64,000 nt of DNA, from positions 20,896,001 to 20,960,000 of the forward strand of contig NC_086097.1 in NCBI RefSeq assembly GCF_963921235.1, given 5' to 3'. Numbering within the stretch: position 1 is the first letter of the stretch; each line of letters opens with the position of its first letter. Both the position numbers and the translations under genes were made by a program. Source of the stretch: Mobula hypostoma (lineage: Eukaryota). The notes below the pieces were generated by a model. The model was given only the letters and a program-made list of their open reading frames with translations, ran no database searches and had not been told where the DNA came from. Positions 39,441 to 50,854 of this stretch are shown here, piece after piece.

Positions 39441-39920
39441 TGCTTTAGACTGAGTGTGTGTGTATATATAAAATATAAAAAGGAGGAACATAGATAGGAT
39501 AGGTAGTAAGTAAGAAATGTTCCTAGGCGATCAAGACTAGAGGGCGTAAGTTTAAGGTAAAACAGAACATTACAGCACAGGTCCTTCTGCACATGATGTT
39601 GTGCTGACCTTTTAACCTATACAAGATCAATCAACCCTTCCCTTTTACATAACTCTCCATTTCTCTAAGAGTTTCTTAAATGCCCCTAATGTATCTGCCT
39701 CTATCAACACTTATGACAGAGCAATCCCCACACTAACCACAGGAGAACCGTGGAATAACCTTTTAAACACAGAGGTGGCAAAGAAAGGGACTTACAAAAT
39801 TTAAACATCTAGCAAACTCGAGTCACTATTAAATACGTGACTTTGAACCAAGTACAGTTAGTACTTGGTCGGCATAGACCTTGCAGATTGAAGATTTGTA
39901 CTAACTACGACAAAATAAAT

Positions 39921-40079
39921 AACACTCACAACATGCTGGAGGAACTCAGCAGGTCGGACGAAGGGTTCCGGCCCGAAACGTTGACCGATCTTTTCCACAG
40001 ATGCTGCCCGACCTGCTGAGTTCCTTCAGCGTGTTGTGAGTGTTGCTTTGACCCCAGCATCTGCAGATTATTTTGTGTT
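39921..40079 (+). mobile_element. Fold-back Penelope-like insertion, 15-bp TSD
   Basis: TSD tacgacaaaataaat at 39906-39920 and 40080-40094; 37-bp inverted 5' arm (39921-39957 vs 40008-40044); hammerhead truncated at its 5' core. Confidence 0.88.
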
Positions 40080-40536
40080 TACGACAAAATAAATGCCGCT
40101 TGAGCAATAACAGTGAATTTCTATTGATTGAGATATTGCAGCACAAAGGACTGAATTGGGACAACATTGACACAGACCAAGGCCACCATATCCTTGATGC
40201 AGAAAGGACATCAAAACATGTACGACATTGATGTCATCTATATAGCTTTGCAAGAACAAGCATGCATTCACCAATAGAAGACAAACTCCACAAATAAATT
40301 TAGGCCTATCATAGTTAAAATTAATACTAACAGTAACGTACATAGTATATACTCACGTCGAATTAACATTTCATGGTTGCTATTTCCGCAGTGCATGTTT
40401 TTCTTTTCATTACTAACTTAACAGAAATTCATGGTACACTATAGAAAGATTTTTCCCACCAAGGTATGGCCTCCGAGAATTCAATGTACCCAAAAAGGTT
40501 GAAAGTTGCACCTTCCATTATGCCATAGAAACTTAC

Positions 40537-40663
40537 CAAGAGTTGTACCATCTTCTCCCATAATGCACTTCATGGAGGCGATGATCTGTTCTGCAACAGG
40601 TGCAGACATTGAAGTAGCATAAACCGTACTGTGAGAATATGAGCGAAGATAGTCCACAAGTTC
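40537..40663 (-). CDS. SPTLC2: SPTLC2 internal coding exon (human exon 9 equivalent), 127 nt
   Basis: tttcag|GAA CTT GTG...CTT G|gtaagt; [42 protein letters not shown](G); in frame with previous exon. Confidence 0.95.
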
Positions 40664-41891
40664 CTGAAATGCAGATACATCCCAAATGTTAAGAGGGGTG
40701 ATTAAATAAACAGCCACCGAAATGAACAAGGAACTGTTTCCCATTCCAGCAATGCTGAACATTTCTAGCATTTTCTGCTTTTAATTATGGAAACTAGCAC
40801 TGAGTTGCCTGAAATATATAAGATTAAAGGGTTAGTTAGGAGGGTCTAGAATCAGCCGAAAAGAAAATCAAAAGCAGGGCTTTCAGAATTATACCAAGGG
40901 AACACTTCAACACAGTATTGCAGCAGCCTGCAACTGTTAGATGTTGATCTTTAAACAATGGATTCTTACATCAATTTATTAAGGACTATAGAACCAAAGG
41001 AAATATGAAACCATATCACAAATTAACGACAGTCTTTCTGAATGGGTGAATAGGTTTGAGGGGTTAAAAAGATTCTTATGTGCCCATCTTTCCCACAGGT
41101 AGAATTTAACTCAAATTCAAACAGCAACCAACACATTAAAAAAAAATAGTTCTAACCCTATTTTAAAACCTGTTTTAATTCTAGTGTTCAAAGTGCTCCT
41201 TCCCACCCCCACCAACTCTGAGCTATTTAACAATCTTTTTGTAACACTTGCAATCGTAACAAGCCAAGGCATTTCTTACTTTTCCACACCTTTCCACAGC
41301 ATCCAGAATACCAGTATCTGCTGGGTTTTACAAATCCAATTTCCTTTTCATTTACCCAACACATTTGGAATTGAACAATATAGTAAAATTAATTCTCTGC
41401 AATAAGTTGAATCCAAAGCCACAGTAACAAACCATCTTGTGGAATAGGTAGATAGACTGATATACACTATCAATGCACCAGATTATTCTTTGAAGTATCG
41501 TTTCAGATCTGCAAGATTAAGTTAGATAAAGAACATGCAACCCCTTGTTAAAATGAGCTAGTGAGGCAGAGTTAAATTTGCATTCTACAGAATCCTTGAA
41601 AAATACTTCCTTAGGACAGATGGCCATTCAGCCCAGCAAGTCTATGCTAGCCCTCATAACAATCCCATTAATTCCACACCTCCCCCACTTATTTCTTAGT
41701 ATTTTGCTCTCACCTTCTGTCAACACCCACGCTGGTGCTACTTTACAATTAACTTCCAGCACATCTTTGGGATCCAAAGGGGAACCAGAGGTCGGTCCAA
41801 ATCAAAACCAATGTGGTCACAGAGAACGTGCAAACTCCACATGGTCAAGATAAGAGACCAAGTTGTTAAAACTCATTAAGTAGAAGCTCTA

Positions 41892-42713
41892 GCGCACATG
41901 CGCCGGTTGTGCATGCAGCCTGGTACAGCTGTTCCGATCTATTCTTACTTTCTTCTCCTTACTTTTTAATTTACATTATTTTTGTATTTTTTTTTTCTCA
42001 TGGTAACATGTTGAAGCTGCACCCTCTCTAACATGCTGGTAGAGAGAGTTTTATTTGGTTTTTTTTTAAGCGCTGGAAATGGTTACATCCCGACATGCGG
42101 GACAGAAGCAAGGTCACATTGTGTATTCCAGAAACCAGCTAATGCCGGCTGGTTTAGCGAGCAGAGTGGCGGACACCCCTGCTGAAATCCGGAGGAAAAC
42201 ACAGAGGATGCAGAGGGGGATCACAAAGTCGAGGAAAGAGGACCGGGTCGAGACAACAGAGACGTATGGAGAAGAGGAGTTCGGTGGGTAATACCGTTCC
42301 GGCTGACCGGAAGTGCACTGAGAGCGGTAAGCGTAAAGGAGTTGGGTGCTTACTGATCTGGTTAACAACAGATAGTGCAATTCGGTGCATATTACCATCG
42401 AGGAACGCGTTTGCAGACTGGATATTGACATTTTTACTGTTGGACTTCAGTCACATTCCACCGTGATACAACACTGGGCGGCACGGGAGGTCGTTCCTGC
42501 CTGTGGCCATCGAACGTGCAGCTCCTCCCGTGGAGGGTCAGACACCCTGAGCCAATAGACTGGTCCTGGACTTATTTTCCATCTGGCATAGTTTGCATTT
42601 TGTTGTTTGATTGTTGGTGGTGTTTGTATTGCTATATTTACGCTCTATTCTTGGTTGGTGCGGCTGTAACGAAACCAAATTTCCCTCGGGATTAATAAAG
42701 TCTATCTATCTAT
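41892..42713 (+). mobile_element. Young internally deleted Rex1-like element
   Basis: CpG-rich 5' region, endonuclease fragments (ADRKCTESGKRKG), Rex1 3' end (RSFLPVAI) and tail gggattaataaagt(ctat)n; inserted in the head of a minus-strand V-SINE (about 41620-41890). Confidence 0.65.
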
Positions 42714-43414
42714 GCCACTGCATCACTGTGCCCTCAAGACAGACACACACTAAGTAAACTGAACTAGATTTCAGCTTTGGCTGCTTTGTGGATCACTGCT
42801 CCCACCTAGTGGATTCAGGACATTGCATCTTTTGGTATATTCCAAGTCTCAGTTGGAAAGGTACTTGGCTAGGTGAGAAACGCAACTTGCAGCGTTGAAT
42901 TGGTTTGAAAATTACACAGACAATAATTATGCCTATGTCAAATTAGACTGCTTGAGAAAAAATTCATGGTAAGCCCTCTACATACCCAGTGTTTTTTTTA
43001 GTATTTAAAAATACAACATGATGCAATTCCACCCTTAAATTTCAAGTTTTGCACATCAGTATCAACATTTACAGCAGCCCTACTCCAATAACTTTAAAAT
43101 CCATTAACTATGTGGCATGACTTGTGTGATGAAGTAGAGAGGATTTCTGGGGTCAGTTTCCATTAAAATAAATAGCACGTTTATCACTTGTGGTACACAT
43201 TAGTCTGATTTAAATGTCCTCACGAGAAAAAAAGCAGTAAATTTACTCAAGTTAATTAATTCTCAATTACAAAATTATGAATTTAAATTAGGTGCTTTGT
43301 TTTAGAGTCCAAGGCTTTACAGCAAGCAACTTGTAATAGTATTTTCAGTGATTGCCAGGAGGTGGCGATAATAAGCAGCTACAGGCTGCCTTCTAACAAC
43401 TACAGTTCCATTGA

Positions 43415-43708
43415 ACACTTCACCAGTGAGTGGTGTTGGGGACCGCTGATCTACTGTATGCAATGCACTTCGTACAGCCTTCTCTACATCAGTGAGACTT
43501 GACATTGCAGGACTGCTTTGTTCAGCACCTCTGCTTTGCCCACAACAAGCAGGATTTCCCAGTGGCCAAATATTTTCATTCCAATCCTCATTCCTACATG
43601 TTGGCCCATTGGCCTCCTCCACTGCAACAATGTGAGGGATGGAAGAGCAACACCTCATTCCACCTGGATAGCTTTCAAACTGATGGCATGAACACAAATT
43701 TCTCCAGC
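43415..43708 (+). mobile_element. Penelope-like GIY-YIG endonuclease pseudogenic fragment
   Basis: LIYCMQCTSYSLLYISET* then DCFVQHL..PVAKYFHS..FHLDSFQTDGMNTNFS. Confidence 0.8.
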
Positions 43709-43709
43709 T

Positions 43710-46150
43710 TAGAACATAGAAATCTACAGCACATCACAGGCCTTTCGGCCCACAATGTTACCTACTCGAGACACTGCCTAGAATTTCCCTACTGTATAGT
43801 CCTCTACTTTTCTAAGCTCCATGTGCCTACCAAACAGTCTCTTAATAGACCCCAAAGTATCTGCCTCCACCACCGTTGCTGATAGTGCATCCCACACGCC
43901 CACCATTCTGTGCGGAAAAACTTACTCTCGACATCCCCCCTGTACCTACTTCCAAGCACCTTAAACTATGCCCTCTCATGTTAGCCCATTTCAGCCTCTG
44001 GCTGTCCACATGACCAATGCCTGTCATCATCTTGTACACCTCTGTCTGGTCACCTCTTATCCTCCATCACTCTAAGCAGAAAAGGCCAAATTCACTCAAC
44101 TTATTCTCAGGCATATTTTCCAACCCAGGCAACATCCTTGTAAATCTCCTCTGCACTCTCTCCACATCCTTCCTGTAGTAAGTTGACCAGAACTGAACAC
44201 ATACTCCGAGTGGGGTCTGACCAAGATTTTATGTAGCTGTAACATTAGCTCATGGTTCTTGAACTCAATTCCACAGTTGATGAAGGCTAACACACCATAT
44301 GCATTCTTAACAACACTGTCAACCTGCGCAGCAGCTTTGAGCGTCCTATCCACACAGACCCCAAGATCTCTCTGATCTCTAACTATGTCTCTCTAACTGC
44401 TCATAAATCCTGCCTCTCAGGATCTTCAATAACTTGCCCACCACTGAGGTAAGACTCACTGGTCTATAATTTCCTGGGTTATCTCTACTCCCTTTCCTGA
44501 ACAAGGGAACAACATTTTCAACCCTCCAATAATTCTGTCCCTATTGATGATGCAAAGATCATCACCAGAGGCTCAGCAATCTCCTCCCTTGCTTCCCACA
44601 GAAGCCCAGGATACATCTCGTCCGGTCCCGGCGACTTATCCAACCTTAATGCTTTTCCAAAGCTCTAGCACATCCTTTTTCTCAATGTCTATACGCTCAA
44701 GTGTTTCAGTCTGCTGTAAGTCATCCCCACAATTGCCAAGGTACTTTTCCCTGGTGAATACTGAAGCAAAGTATTCAAGTACCTTTGCTACTTCCTCCAA
44801 CTCCATGCACACATTTCCACTGCTGCACCTGACTGGTCCCATTCTCATACGGCTCATCCTCTTGTTCTTCACAAACTTGCAAAATGCCTTGGGGGTGGGG
44901 GGGGGGTGTCTTTTAACCTGCTTGCCAAAGCCTTCTCATGGCCTTTTCTAGCTCTCCTAATTTCATTCTTAAGCTCCTTCTTGGCAACCTTGTAATTTTC
45001 TAGAACTCTATCAGTACCTGGTTTCTTGAACCTTTCGTAAACTTTTCTTTTCATAACTAGATTTTCCATATGCTTTGTTTACCATGGTTCTCTTGCCCTA
45101 CCACCCTTTCCCTGCCTCAATGGAATATACCTATACAGAACACCATGCAAATGTTCCCCAAATATTTGCCACATTTCTGCCATGCATTTCCCTGAGAACA
45201 TCTGCTCCCAAGTTCCTGCTTAATAGTATATTTCCCCCTAACCCAGTTAAATGTTTTCCCAAACTGTCTGCTCCTATCCCTCTCAAGCACTATGGTAAAG
45301 GAGATACGAGTTGTGATCACTACCTCCAAAATGCTCTTCTGAGAGATCTGACACCTGACCAGGTTCTTTTCCCAATACCAGATCAAGTACAGCCTCTCCT
45401 CCAGTTGGCTTATCTATATATTGCATCAGGAAACCTTCCTGAACACACCTAACAAACTCTAACCCATATAAACCCCTCGCTCTAAGGAGATGCCAGTCAA
45501 TATTAGGAAAGTTAAAATCTCCCATCACAACAACCCTATTATTGCGCTGTTCCAGAACCCTCTTACTATTGGAAGGGGGAGGGTCTATAAAAACACCCAA
45601 TAGAGTTATTGCCTCTTTCCTGTTTCTGACTTCCACCCACACTGACTCAATAGCTAATCCCTCCATGACTTCCTCCTTTTCTGCAGCCATGACACACACT
45701 ATGCCTGATTAGCAATGCCATGCCCTCACCTCTTTTGACCTCCCTGTTCTCAACCCCTGCAATTCTAGTTTAAACACCGCTCCCCCCCATAGCATTAGCA
45801 AACCTCCCCGCCAGGATATTAGTCCCCCTCGGATTCAAGTGCAACCTGTCCTTTTTGTACAGGTCACATCTGCCCCAGAAGAGTTCCCAATGATCCAGAA
45901 ATCTGAATCTCTGCCCTCTACTACAATCCTTCAGCCACGCATTTATCTACCACCTCATTCTATTCCTATACTCATTGTCGTGTGGCACAGGCAGCATCCA
46001 GAGATTACTGTCCTTGAGGTCTTGCTTCTCAGTTTCCTTCCTAACTCCCTGTATTCTGTTTTCAGGACCTCCTCCCTTTTTCTACCCAAGTCGTTGGTAC
46101 CAATATGTACCACAACCTCTAGCTGCTCACCCTCCCATTTCAGGATGTTG
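43710..46150 (-). mobile_element. CR1 LINE with ORF1, APE endonuclease and RT remnants, several deletions
   Basis: ESVWVEVRNRK..VVMGDFNFPNIDW..AVLDLVLG; EYFASVFT; LHKILVRPHSEY; 3' tail agaacatagaaatctacagcac on plus strand. Confidence 0.9.
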
Positions 46151-46151
46151 T

Positions 46152-47212
46152 GCTAACTTCCACTACTTTCAGATGGATACAAGAAAATTTCCAAGTCAGT
46201 GAACATCCCTTGGAGTACAGTGAAGTCAATCATCAAGAGATGGAAAAATACGGCTCAGCTGTAAATCTGCCTAGAGCAGGCCATCCTCAAAAACTGAGTG
46301 ACTGTGCAAGAAGGGGACTACTGAGGGAGGCCATCAAGAGACCCATGACACTCTGGAGGAGTTGCAAGCTTCAGTGGCTGTGAAGAGAGAGACTGTGCAT
46401 TCAACTGTTGACCTGGTGCTGGAAGAGGGTTCTACAGTCTGATGAAACCAAAATTGAGCTCTATGGCCATTAGACTAAATGCCATGTTTAACGCAAGCCA
46501 AACACCACACATCAAAAACACACCATCCCTACCATCAAGCATAGTGGTGGCTGCATCACGCGATGGGGATGCTTCACTGCAGCAGGCCCTGGGAGGCTTG
46601 TGAAAGTAGAGGGTAAAATGAATGCAGCAAGATACATGGAAATCCTAGTGGAAAACCTGATGCAGTCTGCAAAAGAATTGTGATTTGGGAGAAAATTTGT
46701 TTTCCAGCAAGACAATGACCCTAAGCACAAAGCCAAAGCTACACAGGAATGGCTTAAAAACAACAAAGTTAATGTCCTGGAGTGGCCAAGTCAGAGTCAA
46801 GACCTCAGTCCAATTGACAATTCGTGGCTGGACTTGAAAAGGGCTGTTCACTCACGACCCTCATGCAATCTGACAGAGCTTGAGCAGTTTTGTAAAGAAT
46901 GGGGAAAAATTGCAGTGTCCAGATGTGCAAAGCTGATAGAGACCTATCCACACAGACTCAAGGCTGTAATTGCTGCCAAAAGTGCATCTACTAAACACTG
47001 ACTTGGAGGTGAGTGAGTAAGCAATGAATTATTTTTTGTTTAATAATTGTAATAAATTTAGACTAATTTGTAGTAATTTGTTTTCACTTTTGACACGGAA
47101 GAGGCTTTTCTGTTGATCAGTCAAAAAAGCCAAATTAAATCCACTGATTCAGTATTGTAAAACAATACAACATGAAAACTTTCAAGGGGGAGAATACTTT
47201 TTATAGGCACTG
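46152..47212 (+). mobile_element. Tc1/mariner transposon, 5'-truncated, transposase pseudogene
   Basis: NLPRAGHPQKLSD, SDETKIEL, WGCFTAAGPGRLVKVEGKMNAARY, FQQDNDPKH, WPSQSQDLSPI; right terminus ...ataggcactg. Confidence 0.9.
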
Positions 47213-47509
47213 CATACTGTTCCAAACTAACCCAATGCAACAAAGAATACAACGTAATATTTAGACTTGTTACATTTGACATTCAATTCAACAATTACAG
47301 ATAAGCAGCCTTTCCTGTTCGCATCAGAACTGAGCAGCTCTGATGGGAAATTATTGACCTGAAACATCAATCATTTTTCTCTGCAAAAGCCACTTGGCTT
47401 GAGTGTTTCCTGCATTACTTTTACTCCAGCTCTCCAGCATCTGCAGTTTGCCTTTCATCTGGATTAAGAACAGCAAAATATATTGCTTCTAATGCAATAT
47501 ATACCACTT

Positions 47510-47985
47510 TTCTACAAAAAAGTCTTGGAGACAGCCCAGTCCATCACAGGCAAAGCCTTCCCCATCTTTGAGCACATTTACAAGAAGCACTGCCTTACAA
47601 GTAAGCAGTATCCATCGTCAAGGACACCCACCACACAGGCTTTTCTTGCTACAACCATGGGCACAAGGTACCGGAAGTCACATCACCAGGTTCAGGAACA
47701 GTTACTATCGTGCAGCCATCATGCTCCACAAATACTTCACTCACCTCAACTCTAAAATGATTCCAAACCCAACAGACTCACTTTCAGGGACTCTAAAACT
47801 CATGCTCTGTTTTTTTCTAATTTACACAATTAGTCTTTTGCATAATCATTGTCAGCCTTTAGGTACATAGTTTTTCATAAATCATTTCTTTACTTTCTTG
47901 TAAATGCCTGCAAGAAAATGAGTCTCAAAATAGTATATAGTGACTAAATCCACTGATAGATCAATTTAATTTGACTTTGAATAAA
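47510..47985 (+). mobile_element. Rex1-type LINE 3' fragment
   Basis: TAQSITGKAFP..EHIYK, TRFRNSYY. Confidence 0.7.
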
Positions 47986-48135
47986 TTTTATTTTGATTTT
48001 AATGCATGGGAGGAAGTTCAGCTCATTATTATAAACAACCAGCCTCTGGGAGGCAAACAGGATGTGAAACATTTGATCTGTTATGGCATTTCATAAAAGG
48101 ATCTGACATGGGAAGAGTGAGACAAATTATTGTAC

Positions 48136-48355
48136 CTTTTTGCCACCTATGTATCCACCAGCTGCACCGAAGCTCTTGGTGAAAGTTCCCATCATGACAT
48201 CCACATCCTTGGGGTTCAGATCAAAATATTCAACCACACCACGGCCTGTGGGTCCTAGAGCCCCGATGCTGTGAGCTTCATCCAGGTAAAGATAGGCTTT
48301 GTATTTTTTCTTTAAAGCTACTATCTCAGGCAAGCGGACAATGGAGCCTTCCATA
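48136..48355 (-). CDS. SPTLC2: SPTLC2 internal coding exon (human exon 8 equivalent), 220 nt, contains PLP-binding lysine
   Basis: cacag|T ATG GAA...AAA AAG|gtacaa; [77 protein letters not shown] and GTFTKSFG motifs of alpha-oxoamine synthases (Lys codon 48175-48177); residues favour SPTLC2 over SPTLC3. Confidence 0.96.
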
Positions 48356-48834
48356 CTGTGAACAAGAAAGGCAGATTTGCACTTAACATTGTTAACGAGT
48401 CCCAGTCATCACTAACTTAACCCATCTCAACTCGCATAGAGTCCTGTTAATTCAAAGACCAAAATTTTATTAACTTGATAAACAAACTGTTTATTTTGTT
48501 CTCGTTATGGCTTTTGTCAATTATTAACACAACCAGTCACAAACTTTCAAGACAATTTCCAAATTACAGTACACTAGCCTCTGACATTGTCACTGAAAGT
48601 AGTGCTCTCATTTTATTGCACTGTAATGATTCCTTTTACACTGCACCTTGCCAGACCTGCAGATACAGCACTGCTCATTAGGTTCTGTCCATGGCACAGA
48701 GTCAAGCTGCCTTGATTTTTTGCAATCTTTCCTCATCCTTAAGCTTAAACAAAAACAATCACTGTACATCACTCTCAGGTCCCTGCATTTCATGGCGCTA
48801 ACTTGGGCTATTAGCAACAGTGTCAAGTCAAGAA

Positions 48835-49275
48835 AGGGTTACTGCATGGGGAACGAAAGGGTTACCATATGAGGAATGTCTGGCAGCTCTTAGGCTGTAT
48901 TCCCCAAAGTTCAGGAGAATGGGGGGGGGGGGGGAATCTCAAAAACATTCTGAATATTAAAAGGCCTGAAAAGATTACATGTGGCAAAGTTACTTCCCAT
49001 GGTAGGGGAGCCTAGGGTTAAAGGGCAAGACTTCAGGATTGAAGAATGCGACCAGAGGGTGGTAAATCTGTGGAATTTACTGCGACATGTGGCTGTGGAG
49101 GCCAAGTCATTGGGTGTATTTAAGGCAGAGATAGATAGGGTCTTGATTTGCCAGACCAAAGGGTATGGGGAGAAGGCAGAGGAGTGGGGATGACTGGAAG
49201 AATTTGATCAGCCCATGATGTAATGGGGAGCAGACTCAATGGGCTGAAGGGCCTACTTCTGCTCCTACATCTTAT
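48835..49275 (+). mobile_element. CR1 LINE 3' fragment
   Basis: QRVVNLWNLL..EAKSLGVFKAEIDRVL. Confidence 0.8.
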
Positions 49276-49585
49276 TTCTGGCATCCGTTAGTCTTGCAAG
49301 ACCATGGAGCTGAACCTGGGAAGTCTTCACTCTCCAGAGCGCAGGCCTGGGCAAGGTTGTATGGAAGACCGGCAGTTGCCCATGCTGCAAGCATCCCCTC
49401 TCCACGACACCGATGTTGTCCAAGGGAAGGGCAAGGACCGATACAGCTTGGCACTGGTGTCATCGCAGAGCACTGTGTGGTTAAGTGCCTTGCTCAAGGA
49501 AACAACACGTTGCCTTGGCTGGGGCTCGAACTCACGACCTTCAGGTTGCTAGTCGAATGCCTTAACCACTTGGCCACATGCCCAT
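49276..49585 (-). mobile_element. tRNA/CORE-type SINE with RTE-like tail, 7-bp TSD, inserted in a CR1 tail
   Basis: Minus-strand head ggcatgtggccaagtggttaagg..gagttcgagcc..ccttgagcaaggcacttaacc; TSD atcttat at 49269-49275 and 49586-49592. Confidence 0.8.
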
Positions 49586-49971
49586 ATCTTATGGAATAGG
49601 TTAGGGATTTATTCCATGGAGTGTGAAAGAATGAAGGAAGATCTTTTAAGGGTATACAAATTTATGAGCACTATAGATAGGGTAAATGCAAATTGACAGA
49701 AGATCACATACCTGCAAGAATACTGTTGTACCAGATGATTTTAAACTTGCCAAATATTGACTGGAGCTGCTATAGTGCAAATGAGGAAGAATTTGAATGT
49801 GTTTAGGAATGTTTAAGGAATATGTAAATAGTCTTACTAGAGACAGTAACACTAGTGCCTCAGAAATGAGGCTGGACAAATGGCTCAAATGTCAGTGGGG
49901 GAACACTTTGGACCTGTGAATATAGTTTTAAAATAATCATGGAAAAATATAAGACCAGTCCACCATGCTGA

Positions 49972-50270
49972 GAGGCGCATGGCCAAGTGGTTAGGGTGTT
50001 GGACTAGCAACCTGAAGGTCGTGGGTTCGAGCCTCAGCTGAGGCAACGTGTGTGTCCTTGAGCAAGGCACTTAACCACAAAATGCTCCGGTCTACCCAGC
50101 TGAGAATGGGTACCGGCAAAAAAATGCTGGGGGTTAACCTCGCGATAGACTGGCTTCCTATTCGGGCGGGGGCGGGGGAAGTCTTGTACTCTCAGTCACT
50201 TCACGTCATGGAAACTGGCATAAGCACTGGCCTGATGGGCCACAAGGCTCGTGACAGACTTAAAAAAAAA
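49972..50270 (+). mobile_element. tRNA/CORE(Meta)-type SINE with a different tail
   Basis: A box tggccaagtgg, B box ggttcgagcc, gtgtccttgagcaaggcacttaacc, gaatgggtaccggc, tail cctgatgggccacaaggctcgtgacagactt plus A-tract. Confidence 0.8.
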
Positions 50271-50546
50271 TAACAACTGTGCTGAAATCCTCAATTTTGA
50301 TGAGAAATAGCAAACACTGATTGGGAGAGGCTGTCAATAGAAAAACAGAGGTCTGGAAATTGGTAGACTGTTAAAGTGAAACAGGAGGAGGCCGAGGTCA
50401 GCATTCTCCTGTTAGAGCGAAGGCAAGGTTGGCAGGAACTCTAGTTGACAAGCAATTTTAATGTTATGGTCAGAAAAAGGAGGCAGCATCAATCAGAAAT
50501 AGACTGCTAAAATCAAGAATCCTTCAGTAAAAGGGATATAGGAGTT

Positions 50547-50569
50547 GGGGGTGGGGGTGGGGGTGGGGG
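50547..50569 (+). repeat. (GGGGGT)n G-quadruplex-forming motif
   Basis: Four G5 tracts separated by single T. Confidence 0.8.
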
Positions 50570-50854
50570 AGGAGAAGTACTCCATCAGGAATTTTAGGGT
50601 GTATTACCAGTTTTTCTTTCTGGTAAATGACTACACATTTACACCATATTCTGCTACAACCAAAATTTGGCAATCCTGCTATGCCAAGTTTCATAGAAGT
50701 TACTAAAAGTACATAATTAGTTTTACTAGTTTGACAGGTAAACAAATTTGTATGTATCTGTATAAATTTCTTTGAAGTGGCAGGACAAGCTGAAAGGTGT
50801 ATTAAAAGTGTTCTGAAATAGAGGCGTAGAAAAAAATAAAGATGGTTATTTAAT

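Noticed and set aside
40481..40771. ORF-track extensions around the three SPTLC2 exons (also 56595-56837 and 48127-48354)
   Set aside because: Homology stops exactly at canonical AG/GT sites; the extra residues are intronic read-through
46152..47212. Active or domesticated transposase
   Set aside because: Frameshifts, stops, internal deletion, missing left end and altered third catalytic motif (SPID)
49972..50045. tRNA gene candidates (also about 8431, 49510, 59628 and 62725)
   Set aside because: A/B boxes are present but continue into SINE bodies, several with TSDs; no complete cloverleaf with terminator
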